Assembly: GCA_963695095.1 (NCBI GenBank)
Contig: CAVOFT010000001.1
Span: forward strand, 896,001 to 960,000
Length of the DNA: 64,000 nt
Source: an uncultured bacterium
GTDB taxonomy: Bacteria > Krumholzibacteriota > Krumholzibacteriia > JACNKJ01
Reading direction: 5' to 3'
Under the pieces are notes generated by a model. That model saw only the letters and a list, made by a program, of their open reading frames with translations. It did no database searches and had not been told where the DNA came from. This document shows positions 31,448 to 44,913 of the stretch, piece by piece; position 1 is the stretch's first letter; every line of letters begins with the position of its first letter. Made by a program: the position numbers and the translations under genes.

Positions 31448-31557
31448 GCGCCGCGCGGACTGCGCGCGCGAGGTGGCGCGGGGGAACCTGCGCGGTCGTC
31501 CGGGACTACCGCAGCGGTGCGCAACGGGAGGTGCAGGGATGAGGGCGTCAAGTTGCG

Positions 31558-31968
31558 GTGTCGGGGTTCCTAGCTTGCGCGCTCCTGATCGGGCTCGGCT
31601 GCTCCCGCTGCAAGGACTCGGAAGACGTGGGCGTCCGCCTCGTTTGGTGCGACTCGCTGACACTTCCCGCCGCCATCAACACCAGCGACACCCTCAGGAT
31701 CGGCTACTTCGGCTGGGTTCCCGAAGCGTCGTACTCACCGAAGCTCTCGCATATCGAGGCAGCCCGCGAGGCGGATTCTCTCGAATTGCGCATCTGGGCG
31801 TATGCCCGGCGCTGGCTCGGTGAGTGCGGTACCGTGATGCCACCCTCGCAAGACTGGGTCGAAGGCGTGCACGCTGAACCGCCGCCGTGGCCGGCCGACT
31901 CCATCCGAATCGTGCTGCACCGGCCCGGGGCATCGCCCTGGGTGCGCTGGGTGCGCGTACTGCCCTGA
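31558..31968 (+). CDS. Putative lipoprotein
   Basis: LLIGLGC lipobox-like motif; lower-GC codon usage; start uncertain. Confidence 0.55.
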   Translation: MSGFLACALLIGLGCSRCKDSEDVGVRLVWCDSLTLPAAINTSDTLRIGYFGWVPEASYSPKLSHIEAAREADSLELRIWAYARRWLGECGTVMPPSQDWVEGVHAEPPPWPADSIRIVLHRPGASPWVRWVRVLP

Positions 31969-32005
31969 AGCCCGCCGCCCGGAGCTGCTCCTCGCCATGC
32001 CGGGC

Positions 32006-32023
32006 AGTGTACACGTGTACAAA
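32006..32023. repeat. Intergenic copy of AGTGTACACGTGTACAAA (14-bp palindrome core 32008-32021)
   Basis: Identical 18-mer at 8210-8227 (reverse complement) and 57155-57172. Confidence 0.9.
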
Positions 32024-32059
32024 CCCGGCCTCGTGCTGGCAGATGCCGCCGCCAGCCCG

Positions 32060-32088
32060 TTGACGCGGCTCCCCGCGCGCCCTAGGAT
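32060..32088 (+). promoter_or_regulatory. Putative sigma70 promoter of nucleotide-sugar operon
   Basis: TTGACG-17 bp-TAGGAT. Confidence 0.6.
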
Positions 32089-32135
32089 AGTCGGGCCCCG
32101 CGCCCCGCGCGACTCCACGACACGATGAGGTTCCC

Positions 32136-33114
32136 ATGAAGATCCTGATCACCGGCATCACCGGCTTCGCCGGCAGCCACCTGGCCGACTACCTGCTCGC
32201 CGCCGAGCCCAGGGCCGAGCTGGCCGGCATCTACCGCTGGCGCAGCCGGACCGAGAACATCGAGCACCTGCCGGCCAGCGTGAAGCTCATCGAGTGCGAC
32301 GTGCGCGACGCCACCGCCACGCGCGAGGCGGTCGAGGCCTTGCGGCCCGACTACATCTTCCACCTCGCCGCGCAGAGCTTCGTGCCCTCGAGCTGGCGCG
32401 CGCCCCAGGAGACCCTGAGCACCAACCTGCTCGGCCAGCTCAACATCTTCGAGGCCGTGCGCAAGTGCGGACTCGGATGCCGCATCCAGATCGCGGGCTC
32501 CAGCGAGGAATACGGCCTCGTCCACCCGCACGAGCTGCCCATCACCGAGGAGCAACCCCTGCGCCCGCTCTCGCCCTACGCCGTGAGCAAGGTGGCCCAG
32601 GACGCCCTCGCCTATCAGTACTTCATGAGCTACGGCATGCCGATCATCCGCACGCGCGGCTTCAACCACACCGGCCCCAGGCGGCCCTCGGTCTTCGTCT
32701 GCAGCGACTTCGCGCGGCAGGTGGTGGAGATCCAGCTCGGCCTGCGCGCGCCCGAGATCCACGTGGGCAATCTCGAGGCCCGCCGCGACTTCACGCGACG
32801 TGCGCGACACCGTGCGCGCCTACTGGCTGGCGCTCAGCCAGGGCGAGCCGGGCGAGGTCTACAACGTGGCCACGGGCGTGAGCTGGGCCATCGGCGAGGT
32901 GCTGGACAAGCTCATCGCCCTGGCCGGCGTGAAGGTGAAGATCGTCCCCGACCCCGCGCGCCTGCGCCCCAGCGACGTGCCGCGCCTGGAGGGCGACGCC
33001 TCGCGCCTGAGGGCCGCCACCGGCTGGACGCCCGCGATCCCCTTCGAGACCACCCTCGGCGACCTGCTCGCCTACTGGCGGGAGCGCCTCGCGCCCGCCG
33101 GCCGCCGCGGGTGA
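32136..33114 (+). CDS. GDP-mannose 4,6-dehydratase/Rmd-like extended SDR (frameshift near 32795)
   Basis: [47 protein letters not shown]; continuation VRDTVRAY...LRPSDVP. Confidence 0.9.
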
Positions 33115-33122
33115 GCCGGCCG

Positions 33123-34103
33123 ATGCGGACCCTCGTCACCGGCGCCAGCGGCTTCGTGGGCAGCCATCTCGTGCCCCGGCTCGTCGCCGCCGGCGACACT
33201 GTGCTCGGCCTCGGCCTGGATCCGCAGAACGGCGCCGGCTCGCCCCCGGGGGCGACCTGGGAGCGCCTGGATCTGCTGGACGCCCCGGGCCTGGCCGCCC
33301 GAGTGGCCGATTTCAAGCCGGAGCGGGTGGTCCACCTGGCCGGCCAAAGTGCGCAGGGAGCCGCGCTTGCCGATCCGGCTCCCAGCGTCCGCGCAAATGT
33401 CATGGGCACCTTACACTTGCTCGAGGCCCTGCGCCGAGGCGCGCCGGCGGCGACGCTGCTCGTGGTCTCCTCGGGCGAGGTCTACGGCAATCCGGGGCCG
33501 AGGCCGGTGGGGGAGGACGCTCCCATCGCCCCCGTGAACCCCTACGGCGCCAGCAAGGCCGCCGCGGAGATCCTGGTGGGCCAGGCCCGGCGGGCCTGGG
33601 GGGCGCAGGCGGTCATCGCGCGCAGCTTCCCCCACGCGGGGCCCGGCCAGCGGCCCGCCTTTGCCCTGCCCGCCTTCGCCCGCCAGATCGCCCGCATCGA
33701 GGCCGGGCTGCAGGAGCCCCGCCTCGAGGTGGGCAACCTGGAGGCCCGCCGCGATTTCCTTGACGTGGAGGACGTGGTAACGGCCTATCTCTTGCTGCTC
33801 GACCTGGATCCAGCGGCCGGGCGGGGCGCGGGCGGCGAGGTCTACAACGTCTGCTCGGGCGTTACCCACAGCATTCGCGAGGGGCTGGACGGGCTCGTCG
33901 CCCTGGCCAGGCTGCCCGGTGGCGGCCGCATCGCCGTGGAGACGAACCCGGCCCTGCTGCGCCCGGCCGACCAGCCGGTGCTCTGCGGCCGGCCCGACAA
34001 GCTGAGGGCGGCGACCGGCTGGTCGCCGCGCCACGACTTCCCATCGATGCTCGAGCGCGTGCTCGCGGACTGGCGCCGCCGCACGGCAGAGGAGACGGCG
34101 TGA
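33123..34103 (+). CDS. Second GDP-sugar SDR (Rmd-like reductase)
   Basis: [45 protein letters not shown]. Confidence 0.88.
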   Translation: MRTLVTGASGFVGSHLVPRLVAAGDTVLGLGLDPQNGAGSPPGATWERLDLLDAPGLAARVADFKPERVVHLAGQSAQGAALADPAPSVRANVMGTLHLLEALRRGAPAATLLVVSSGEVYGNPGPRPVGEDAPIAPVNPYGASKAAAEILVGQARRAWGAQAVIARSFPHAGPGQRPAFALPAFARQIARIEAGLQEPRLEVGNLEARRDFLDVEDVVTAYLLLLDLDPAAGRGAGGEVYNVCSGVTHSIREGLDGLVALARLPGGGRIAVETNPALLRPADQPVLCGRPDKLRAATGWSPRHDFPSMLERVLADWRRRTAEETA

Positions 34104-35429
34104 CGCACATCCTGATGATCGGCACCGGCTACGTGGGGCTCGTCTCGGGCGCCTGCATGGCGGACTTCGGCAACCACGTGGTCTGCTACGACATCGACCG
34201 GGCCAAGATCGGCACGCTCGAGCGCGGCGAGATCCCCTTCTACGAGCCGGGACTGGCCGAGCTGGTCCAGCGCAATCGCGACGCCGGCCGCCTGCGCTTC
34301 AGCACCGAGCTGGACGCGCGCCATCGCCGAGTGCCAGGTGATCGTCATCGCGGTCGGCACGCCCGAGCAGCCCGACGGCAGCGCGGACCTCAGCTTCGTC
34401 TTCGCCGTGGCCGAGTCGATCGGCCAGCGCCTGGACGGCTACAAGGTCATCGTCCAGAAGAGCACGGTGCCGGTGGGCACGAACCGCGTGCTGCGCGATC
34501 GCATCGCCGCCGCGGCCAGGCCCGGCGCCGACTTCGACATGGTGGCCAACCCCGAGTTCCTCCGCGAAGGCTCGGCGATCGGCGACTTCCTCCGCCCCAA
34601 CCGCGTCGTCATCGGGGCCGACAGCGAGCGGGCGCTCCGCCTGATGCGCGAGGTCTACCGGCCGCTCTTCCTGAACGAGACGCCGGTGCTCGCCACGGAC
34701 ATCGAGAGCGCCGAGATGATCAAGTACGCGGCCAACGCCTTCCTCGCCGCGAAGATCTCCTTCATCAACGAGGTGGCCGAGCTCTGCGAGCAGGTGGGCG
34801 CCGACGTGCAGGTGGTGGCCCGCGGCATGGGCCTGGACCAGCGCATCGGCTCCAAGTTCCTCCACGCGGGCGCCGGCTTCGGCGGCTCCTGCTTTCCCAA
34901 GGACACCAAGGCCCTGCTCACGATGGGCAAGCAGCACGGCGCGCCGATGGGCCTGGTGGCGGCCAGCATCGCGGCCAACGAACGGCAGCCGCTGCGCGCC
35001 GTGGCCAAGCTGGCGGCCCTGGCCGGCGGCGAGGCCAAGCTGAAGGGCATGCAGGTGGCCGTGCTCGGCCTCAGCTTCAAGCCGAACACGGACGACGTGC
35101 GCGAGGCCGCCGCGCTCAAGATCATCGCCCTGCTGCGGGAGAAGGGCGCCCGCGTGCGCGCCTTCGACCCGGTAGCCGGGCCGAACGCGCTGCGCGCCAT
35201 GCCGGATCTCGAGCTGGCGCCCGACACCTACGAGTGCCTGGCAGGCGCCGACGCGCTGGTCATTGCCACCGAGTGGAACGAGTTCCGCGTGCTGGACCTG
35301 GAGCGCGTGGCGGGCTTGCTGAGGAAGAAGCTCGTCGTGGACTGCCGCAACATCTTCACGCCGGCGCTGATGGCCGCGGCCGGCCTCGCCTATGCCAGCT
35401 TTGGCCGGCGGGGAGAGGCCGGCGCATGA
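34100..35429 (+). CDS. ugd: UDP-glucose/GDP-mannose 6-dehydrogenase (frameshift near 34320)
   Basis: [57 protein letters not shown]. Confidence 0.93.
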
Positions 35430-36515
35430 AGATCCTCGGCGTGGTGGGCGCCCGGCCCAACTTCATGAAGATGGCCCCCATCGTGCGGGCGCGCGGCGGG
35501 CAGCGGCCTCGCCCTGGAATTGTGCCACACGGGCCAGCACTACGACGACAACATGTCGAAGGTCTTCTTCGAGGACCTGGAGCTGCCGCGCCCGGACGTC
35601 TACCTCGGCGTGGGCAGCGGCTCGCACGCCGCGCAGACGGCGCTGATCATGAGCGGATTCGAGCAGGTCGTGCTGGAGCGCAAGCCGGACCTCGTGATGG
35701 TGGTGGGCGACGTCAACACCACGCTCGCCTGCAGCCTGGTCTGCGCGAAGCTGCTGATTCCCGTGGCCCACGTGGAGGCCGGCCTGCGCAGCTTCGACCG
35801 CGAGATGCCCGAAGAGATCAACCGCATGGTGACCGACATCCTCTCGGACTTGCTCTTCACCACCAGCGCCGAGGCCGAGCCGAACCTGCTGCGCGAGGGC
35901 GTGCCGGGCGAGAAGATCCACTTCGTCGGCAACGTGATGATCGACTCGCTGCACTTCTACCTGCGCAAGGCGGAGAGCAGCGACGTGCTGGATCGCCTGG
36001 GCCTCCCCGCCGGCGGCTACGGGCTGGTCACCCTGCACCGGCCCAGCAACGTGGACGACCCGGCGCAGCTGGCCGGCATCCTCGACGCCATGGGCGAAGC
36101 GGGGCGCGAGCTGCCGCTGCTGTGGCCCGTGCACCCGCGCACGGCCAAGATGCTCGAGGCCCACGGCATCGACCCGGCGGCCCATGGCCTGCGCCTGGTG
36201 GAGCCGCAGGGCTATCTCGACTTCCTGCGCCTGATGAAGGACACGCGCCTGGTGCTCACCGACAGCGGCGGCATCCAGGAGGAGACCACCGTGCTCGGCG
36301 TGCCCTGCCTCACCCTGCGCGAGAACACGGAGCGGCCGATCACCTGCGAGCTGGGGACGAACGTGCTGGTGGGCACGGATCCCGCGCGCATCCGGGCGGC
36401 GATCCGCGAGGCCCTGGACGGCAAGCGGCAGGCGCATCAGGTGCCGCCGCTCTGGGACGGCCACGCCGCCGAGCGCATCGTCGCCGTCACCAGGGACTGG
36501 CTGGCCGCGCGCTAG
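35426..36515 (+). CDS. wecB: UDP-N-acetylglucosamine 2-epimerase, non-hydrolysing (frameshift near 35490)
   Basis: [58 protein letters not shown]. Confidence 0.94.
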
Positions 36516-36539
36516 GCGCTCACCGCCCATCGGCTTCAC

Positions 36540-36568
36540 TTGACCCGCCTGCGCCCGGCGGCTAGGAT
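36540..36568 (+). promoter_or_regulatory. Putative sigma70 promoter giving a leaderless transcript
   Basis: TTGACC-17 bp-TAGGAT, ending 6 nt before the ATG at 36575; no RBS. Confidence 0.6.
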
Positions 36569-36574
36569 CGCGGC

Positions 36575-37485
36575 ATGGATCACCTGCGCATCGGCATCAA
36601 CAACAGCCGCGTCTCGCGCTTCGCCGCCGAGCGCCTGCGCGCGCAACTCACCGCCGCCCATGAGGGCCTGGACATCGCGCTCGAGACCTTCGAGACCGAG
36701 CGGGGCCCCGCCCCGGCGACCCCGAGGCGCACATCCGCGCGCTCGAAGGCCCCCTGGCCAAGGGCAAGGTGGACGTGGTGGTGCACCTGCTCAAGGAGAT
36801 CCCGGTGCGCCTGCCCGAGCCCATCCGCCTGGTCGGCGTCACGGAGCGGCTTACCCCCTTCGACGCCTTCGTCTCCGAGCGCTACCAGCTCATCGACGAG
36901 CTGCCGGCCGGCGCCCGTGTGGGCTACACGCACGCGCGCCAGCGCGCGCAGCTGCTCATCCACCTGCGCGGGCAGGGGCTCGCCTTCGTGCGCGTGGCCG
37001 GCTCGGCCGAGAGCCGCCTGCAGCAGCTCGCCAGCCGGGAGCTGGACGGGCTTGTCATCAGCGCGGAGAGCCTGGAGCTGGTGGGCCGGCAGGACCGGGC
37101 GAGCGAGATCATCGGCGAAAGCGTCCTGCTGCCCGCGCCTGGCGCCGGCTGCCTGGGCTTCATCACCCGCCGCGAGGATCCCGAGATCGAGGACTTGCTG
37201 AGGCCCGTCGAGGACCGCACGAGCCGCCTGGAGACGATGGCCGAGCGGGCCTTCCTCGACCGTCTGGGCGGCGACCCGGAACTCGCCCTCGGCGCCCGCG
37301 CCGCGCTCGACTCGCAGTCGATGATCGTCGAGGGCATGCTCAGCAACGCCGACGGCAGCGTCTTCATCCGCGATGCGATCCAGGGCCCCGCGGCCCGCGC
37401 CGGCGAGCTGGGCGCCAAGCTCGCCGAGCTGCTGCTCGCCCTGGGCGACGAGGAACTGCACACGCTCGTCGCCGGCGCCTCCTAG
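36575..37485 (+). CDS. Hydroxymethylbilane synthase (HemC)-fold protein lacking catalytic residues (frameshift near 36722)
   Basis: HemC-like scaffold (VDVVVHLLKEIP, ELPAGARVG, LLPAPGAG, AERAFLDRLGG) with substituted active-site motifs. Confidence 0.8.
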
Positions 37486-37499
37486 CCGCGAGGTCATCC

Positions 37500-40114
<2,615 letters not shown>

Positions 40115-40157
40115 GCCCGCTGCCCGCGCCGCAGCCTCCGCACGCCAAAGGAGTCCC

Positions 40158-41726
40158 GTGCAGCAACCTCCTCGCCAGCGCATCCTCTGGGCAGATGACC
40201 AGATCGATCTGCTGAAACCCCACATCATCTTCCTGCAGGAGAAGGGCTACGTCGTCACCGGCGTGCCCAACGGCGACGATGCCCTGGCCCTGCTCGAGCA
40301 GGAGCAGTACGACCTCGTGCTGCTGGACGAGATGATGCCCGGCAAGAACGGCCTCGAGACGCTGGCGGAGCTGCGCCGCTTCCGCAGCGACATCCCCGTG
40401 ATCATGATCACCAAGAGCGAGGAGGAGGGCCTGATGAACCAGGCCCTCGGTCAGCAGGTGCAGGACTTCCTCGTCAAGCCGGTGAATCCGGTGCAGATCT
40501 TCTCGGCGATCAAGCGCATCTTCGAGGGCCGCCGCATCCAGGAGGGCCAGCTCACCCAGGACTACATCGCCGAGTACGGCCGCATCAGCGCCGAGAACAT
40601 GGATAACGCCCACTGGCAGCGCTGGCTGGAGGTGAACCGCTTCCTCGCCGACTGGGACCTGCGCCTGGATCGCTTTCCGGGTTCGGGCCTGGAGCAGACT
40701 CATCAAGACCTGCGCCGTGATCTCAACCTCGCCTTCGGCCGCTGGTTCGAGCAGCGCTATCCGACCTGGGTGCGCGAGGGGGCGGTGGATAGCCCGCTCT
40801 TCAGCCCGCAGCTGTTCAGCCGCCTGGTGGCGCCCTTCGTGGCCGACGGCCGCCAGGTCTTCTTCATCGTCATCGACTGCATGCGGCTGGATCAGTGGCT
40901 GGTGGTGGAGGAGATGCTGCGCGAGTTCTACACCATCCAGCGCGAGGACTACTACGCCATCCTGCCGACGGCCACGCCCTACGCGCGCAACGCGATCTTC
41001 GCCGGCCTCTTCCCGGACGACATCCAGCGCCGGCACCCGCGCTACTGGGTGGAGGACCCGCGCGAGGAGCTGAGCCTGAACCGCTTCGAGAAGGAGCTGC
41101 TGGCTGCCCAGTTGAAGCGCCTGGGGCTGAACGAACGCGGGCTCAAGTACGCGAAGATCTCGCGCATCAACGAGGCCAACGAGCTCTATCGCCAGATCGG
41201 CAGCTTCCAGGGCATTCCCGTCGTGGCCCTCGTCTTCAACTTCCTGGACATCCTGGCCCACGGCCGCTCGCAGTCGGAGATCCTGCAGGAGATCGCCCCC
41301 GACGAGTCCGCCTTCCGCACCCTGATGGGCTCCTGGTTCCGCCACTCGGCGCTCTACGACATCCTCAAGGTGCTGGCCCGCCAGGGCGCGGCGGTGGTGG
41401 TGACCAGCGACCACGGCTCGGTGCTCTGCCGCCGCTCGAGCCTGGTGCACGGCAACCGCGACACCAGCTCGGGGATCCGCTACAAGTACGGCGACAACCT
41501 GGGCTGCGACGAGAAACAGGCGCTCAAGATCATCAAGCCCGAAGCCTGGCGTCTGCCCGCCGCCAGCCGCACGAAGACCTACGTCGTCGCGCGGGAGAAC
41601 TACTACTTCGTCTACCCGACCAACTTCCACGAGTTCGAGCAGCGCTACCTGGGCAGCTTCCAGCACGGCGGCATCTCGCTGGAGGAGGTGATCGTCCCCT
41701 GCGCGGTCCTGGAGCCGAAGTCTTGA
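40158..41726 (+). CDS. porX: PorX-like response regulator (REC + PglZ/alkaline phosphatase domain)
   Basis: ILWADDQIDLLKPHIIFL, LLDEMMPG, MITKSEEE, IDCMRLDQW, LPTATPYARNAIFAG, TSDHG, FQHGGISLEE; adjacent to tsaE as in Bacteroidota. Confidence 0.9.
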   Translation: MQQPPRQRILWADDQIDLLKPHIIFLQEKGYVVTGVPNGDDALALLEQEQYDLVLLDEMMPGKNGLETLAELRRFRSDIPVIMITKSEEEGLMNQALGQQVQDFLVKPVNPVQIFSAIKRIFEGRRIQEGQLTQDYIAEYGRISAENMDNAHWQRWLEVNRFLADWDLRLDRFPGSGLEQTHQDLRRDLNLAFGRWFEQRYPTWVREGAVDSPLFSPQLFSRLVAPFVADGRQVFFIVIDCMRLDQWLVVEEMLREFYTIQREDYYAILPTATPYARNAIFAGLFPDDIQRRHPRYWVEDPREELSLNRFEKELLAAQLKRLGLNERGLKYAKISRINEANELYRQIGSFQGIPVVALVFNFLDILAHGRSQSEILQEIAPDESAFRTLMGSWFRHSALYDILKVLARQGAAVVVTSDHGSVLCRRSSLVHGNRDTSSGIRYKYGDNLGCDEKQALKIIKPEAWRLPAASRTKTYVVARENYYFVYPTNFHEFEQRYLGSFQHGGISLEEVIVPCAVLEPKS

Positions 41727-42187
41727 CCCTGCGCGCCGACTCGCCGGCGACGACGGCGGCCGTCGCGGCCGCGCTGGCGGCGGGTGCGCGGCCGGGCGAC
41801 TGCCTCGCCCTGTCCGGCCCCCTCGGCGCCGGCAAGACCCTCTTCGTCGCCGCCTACTGCAGGGCCCTGGGGGTGGGGCCGGGCGAGGTGGACAGCCCGA
41901 GCTTCGTGCTCCTGAACGAGTACGCGGGCGGCCGGCTGCCGCTCTACCACTTCGATGCCTATCGCCTGGCGGGCGGGGAAGAGGAGCTGCTCGAGGCCGG
42001 CTTCTTCGACGAGCGGCTAGGCAACGGTGTGTGCATGATTGAATGGGGCGAGCGCCTGGCCGCCTTCCTGCCCGCCGGCGCCCTGCGCATCGCGATCGAG
42101 CCGCTCGGCGAGTGCGAGCGGCGGCTGAGCTTCGCCGGCTGGCCGGCCGCGCGGCTGGCAGCCCTCGCGCCCTGGCGGGAGGCGTGA
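41723..42187 (+). CDS. tsaE: tRNA threonylcarbamoyladenosine biosynthesis ATPase
   Basis: LSGPLGAGKT, SPSFVLLNEY, HFDAYRL, IEW. Confidence 0.93.
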   Translation: MTLRADSPATTAAVAAALAAGARPGDCLALSGPLGAGKTLFVAAYCRALGVGPGEVDSPSFVLLNEYAGGRLPLYHFDAYRLAGGEEELLEAGFFDERLGNGVCMIEWGERLAAFLPAGALRIAIEPLGECERRLSFAGWPAARLAALAPWREA

Positions 42188-43629
42188 GCCGGTCCGCGCG
42201 CCCCGCGGCCGCGGCGCTGCTGCTGGCGGCCCTGGCCCTGGCCACCTTCCTCGGCCGGCAGAGCGCCGGCGGCCTGCGCAGCTTCGACGACGCCTACTAT
42301 GCCCAGAAGGCCGTCGAGCAGCTCGCGGCCGGCGGCTCCTGGGTGAGCACGCAGGGCGGGCGCGCGCGCTACGACAACCCGCCCCTGCACTTCTGGGCGA
42401 CGGCGCTGGCCTATCGCGCCTTCGGCGTGTCGCGCTTCGCGGCCGTGCTGGCCACGGGCCTCTTCGCCACGGGCACGGTGCTGCTGACCTGGGCGCTCGG
42501 CAGGCGGCTCTTCGGCCGCGGCGGGCCGGCGCTGAGCGCCGGGCTCGTGCTCCTGCTGCCGGGCTTCTTCATGGACTATGCCCGCCGCGGCATGCTGGAC
42601 CAGACCCTGGTCTTCTTCTTCACGGCGGGCCTGGCTGCGCTCTGGCAGGCCGAGCTGGGCGAAGCCGGCCGCCGCCGCGCCCTCTGGCTGAGCGCCTTCG
42701 GCCTCGCCTTCGGCGGCGCGCTGCTGACGAAGAGCGTCATCGGCGGGCTGCTGCTGCCCGTGGCGCTCCTCTGGCTCCTCGCGGCCGGCCGGCGCCCCGC
42801 GCGCGGCTTCTGGCTCGCGAGCGGGCTCGGCCTCGGCCTCTTCGCGCTCTGGGTCTGGCGGAACGCGCTCCACGGCGGGCCGCGCTTCTGGGGCGAGCAC
42901 TTCGGCTGGCTCATCCTCGGCCGGGCGGCGAGCGACGCCGGCGAGTCCGGCCCCGGGTTCCTCCTCGGCTACCTCAAGCTGCTGGGCGGCAACTTCTGGC
43001 CCTGGCTCCCCTTCGCGCTCTACGGCCTGTGGCTGGCCTGGCGGGCCTGGCGCCGCGAGCAGAGCGCGGCCGGCGCGCTCCTGCTCGTCTGGCTGCTGCT
43101 GCCGCTGGCGCTGATGAGCCTCACGCGCAACCAGTTCCTGCGCTACCTGCTGAACGTGTGGCCAGCGCTGGCCCTGCTGGCGGCCTGGGGACTCACGCGC
43201 CTGCTCGAGCCGCGTGGCTGGCTGGGGCGGGTGAACGCGGGCCTCGCCGCGCTCGCGATCGCCACGGCCCTGGTGATCAACTTCACGGCCTTCGCTCCGC
43301 CGGGCGCCGTGGGGCTCGCGCCGCAGAGCGCGGATGTGCTGGCCCTGGCGCCGGCGATCCGCGCCGGCACGCCCCCGGGGGCGACCCTGCTCAACTTCCG
43401 CCTCGGCACCTGGGACCCGCGCAACGCCGTGCTCTTCCACGCCGAGCACTGGCTGGCGGACCCGATCGCGGATCCGCAGGCCTGCACGGATTCGCTGCTC
43501 TGCGAGCCGGGGCGCGGCCTACTGACCAGCGTGGCGGGCGCGGCCCTGCTCGACTCGGTCTCGCCGGGCCTGCTCATCGAGCGCGGGCGGGCGGGCAACC
43601 TGGTCTACGCGGTGGGGGCGGGCGACTAG
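42184..43629 (+). CDS. ArnT/PMT-like (GT-C) membrane glycosyltransferase
   Basis: DDAYYAQKA, DNPPLHFW, MLD, LTKS, FWPW; multiple TM helices. Confidence 0.85.
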   Translation: MSRSARPAAAALLLAALALATFLGRQSAGGLRSFDDAYYAQKAVEQLAAGGSWVSTQGGRARYDNPPLHFWATALAYRAFGVSRFAAVLATGLFATGTVLLTWALGRRLFGRGGPALSAGLVLLLPGFFMDYARRGMLDQTLVFFFTAGLAALWQAELGEAGRRRALWLSAFGLAFGGALLTKSVIGGLLLPVALLWLLAAGRRPARGFWLASGLGLGLFALWVWRNALHGGPRFWGEHFGWLILGRAASDAGESGPGFLLGYLKLLGGNFWPWLPFALYGLWLAWRAWRREQSAAGALLLVWLLLPLALMSLTRNQFLRYLLNVWPALALLAAWGLTRLLEPRGWLGRVNAGLAALAIATALVINFTAFAPPGAVGLAPQSADVLALAPAIRAGTPPGATLLNFRLGTWDPRNAVLFHAEHWLADPIADPQACTDSLLCEPGRGLLTSVAGAALLDSVSPGLLIERGRAGNLVYAVGAGD

Positions 43630-43705
43630 CGGCGCAAAAGGGGGTCCCGGGGCGGGGCCCGGATGCGCTAGAGTAGTGCGAACCCGCTCGCGAGGCCCAG
43701 GGATC

Positions 43706-44395
43706 ATGATTCTCGCCATCGATGTCAGCGCCCGCTACGGGCTGCTCAGCCTGGAGCTGGCGGACGGTTGCCTGCTCACGCGCCTCGGCGAGGAGCCGCG
43801 CGAACAGCTCGCGTTCCTGGGCGCCGCCCTGGCCTCGCTGCGGGCCGAGGCGGGCGTGCCGTGGAGCGCGCTGGCGCGCGTGGCGGTCACCATCGGTCCG
43901 GGCAGCTTCACGGGCCTGCGCATGGGCCTGGCCGCGGCCAAGGGCCTGGTCTTCGGGCGGGAGGTGCCGCTCGCGCCGGTGTCCAGCCTGGCCCTGCCGC
44001 GCCTGGCCGCCGATCCGGCGCTGGCCGCGCCGCTGCTCGTGAGCCGCCGCGCCCGCGGCGAGGAGTACTGGCTGGCCGGCTTCGCGGCCGGTTCCTGGCA
44101 GCCGGCCGAAGAGCGCCTGGCGAGCCTCGCCGAGCTGGCGACCGCCCTGGCCAAGCCCGCCGCCGGCCGCCACCTGGGCGAGGGCCCGGGCGCCGAGCCC
44201 GAGCCCGGCCCCGCGGCCCAGCTCGCCGCCCTGGCCCGGCTCGCCCGCGAGGCGCCGGCCCTGCCCGCGGGCCCTGACCTGGATCGCCTGCTGCCGCGCT
44301 ACCTGCTCGCCCCCTCGGTGACCCCGCCCAGGGGCTCGGCGCCCGGCCCGGCGCCGGGGGCCGCGGCCGACCCGCCCCCGGGGGCGAGCCGATGA
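43706..44395 (+). CDS. tsaB: tRNA threonylcarbamoyladenosine biosynthesis protein
   Basis: MILAIDVS, VAVTIGPGSFTGLRMG, LLPRYL. Confidence 0.9.
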   Translation: MILAIDVSARYGLLSLELADGCLLTRLGEEPREQLAFLGAALASLRAEAGVPWSALARVAVTIGPGSFTGLRMGLAAAKGLVFGREVPLAPVSSLALPRLAADPALAAPLLVSRRARGEEYWLAGFAAGSWQPAEERLASLAELATALAKPAAGRHLGEGPGAEPEPGPAAQLAALARLAREAPALPAGPDLDRLLPRYLLAPSVTPPRGSAPGPAPGAAADPPPGASR

Positions 44396-44913
44396 GAGTG
44401 CCCGCCCCCCGCCTGCCCCAGGGCTTTCGCAGCCGCTTCCGCGGCCACGAGCTGGTCGCCGAGCCCTTCCGGCCCGAGCATCTGTCGGCCGTGATGGCGC
44501 TCGAGGAGGCCTGCTTCCCCGCGCCCTGGAGCGAGGCCCTGCTGCGCGAGGAGGCCCAGCCGCGGCGCCACGCCTGGAACCTGGTGGTGCGGATCGACGG
44601 CGCCATCCGCGCCTTCCTCTTCAACTGGATCGTGGTGGACGAGCTGCACCTGCTCAACATCGCCGTGGACCCGCCCCTGCAGGGCCAGGGACTGGGCGGC
44701 CACCTGCTGGACTGGCTGCTGGCCGAGGGCGATCGCGCCGGGCTGCGCCTGATGAGCCTGGAAGTGCGGGCCGGCAACGCGCGCGCGCTCAGGCTCTACG
44801 AATCCCGGGGCTTCGTGCGCATCGCTCTGCGTCGGGGCTACTACACCGACAACGGCGAGGACGCCGTGGTGATGATCTGCCTACTCGGGGAGGCGAGCGC
44901 CGATGGCCGCTGA
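44392..44913 (+). CDS. rimI: Ribosomal protein S18 alanine N-acetyltransferase
   Basis: FPAPWS, ELHLLNIAVDP, QGQGLG, LEVRAGN, RRGYY...EDA. Confidence 0.9.
   Translation: MRVPAPRLPQGFRSRFRGHELVAEPFRPEHLSAVMALEEACFPAPWSEALLREEAQPRRHAWNLVVRIDGAIRAFLFNWIVVDELHLLNIAVDPPLQGQGLGGHLLDWLLAEGDRAGLRLMSLEVRAGNARALRLYESRGFVRIALRRGYYTDNGEDAVVMICLLGEASADGR

Noticed and set aside
32136..34103. 655-aa apparent fusion of two SDR domains
   Set aside because: Artefact of the frameshift near 32795; the first gene ends at 33114 and the second starts at 33123.
40158..41726. BREX system suggested by the PglZ domain
   Set aside because: N-terminal receiver domain and tsaE linkage identify a PorX-type protein; no brx or pglX genes nearby.
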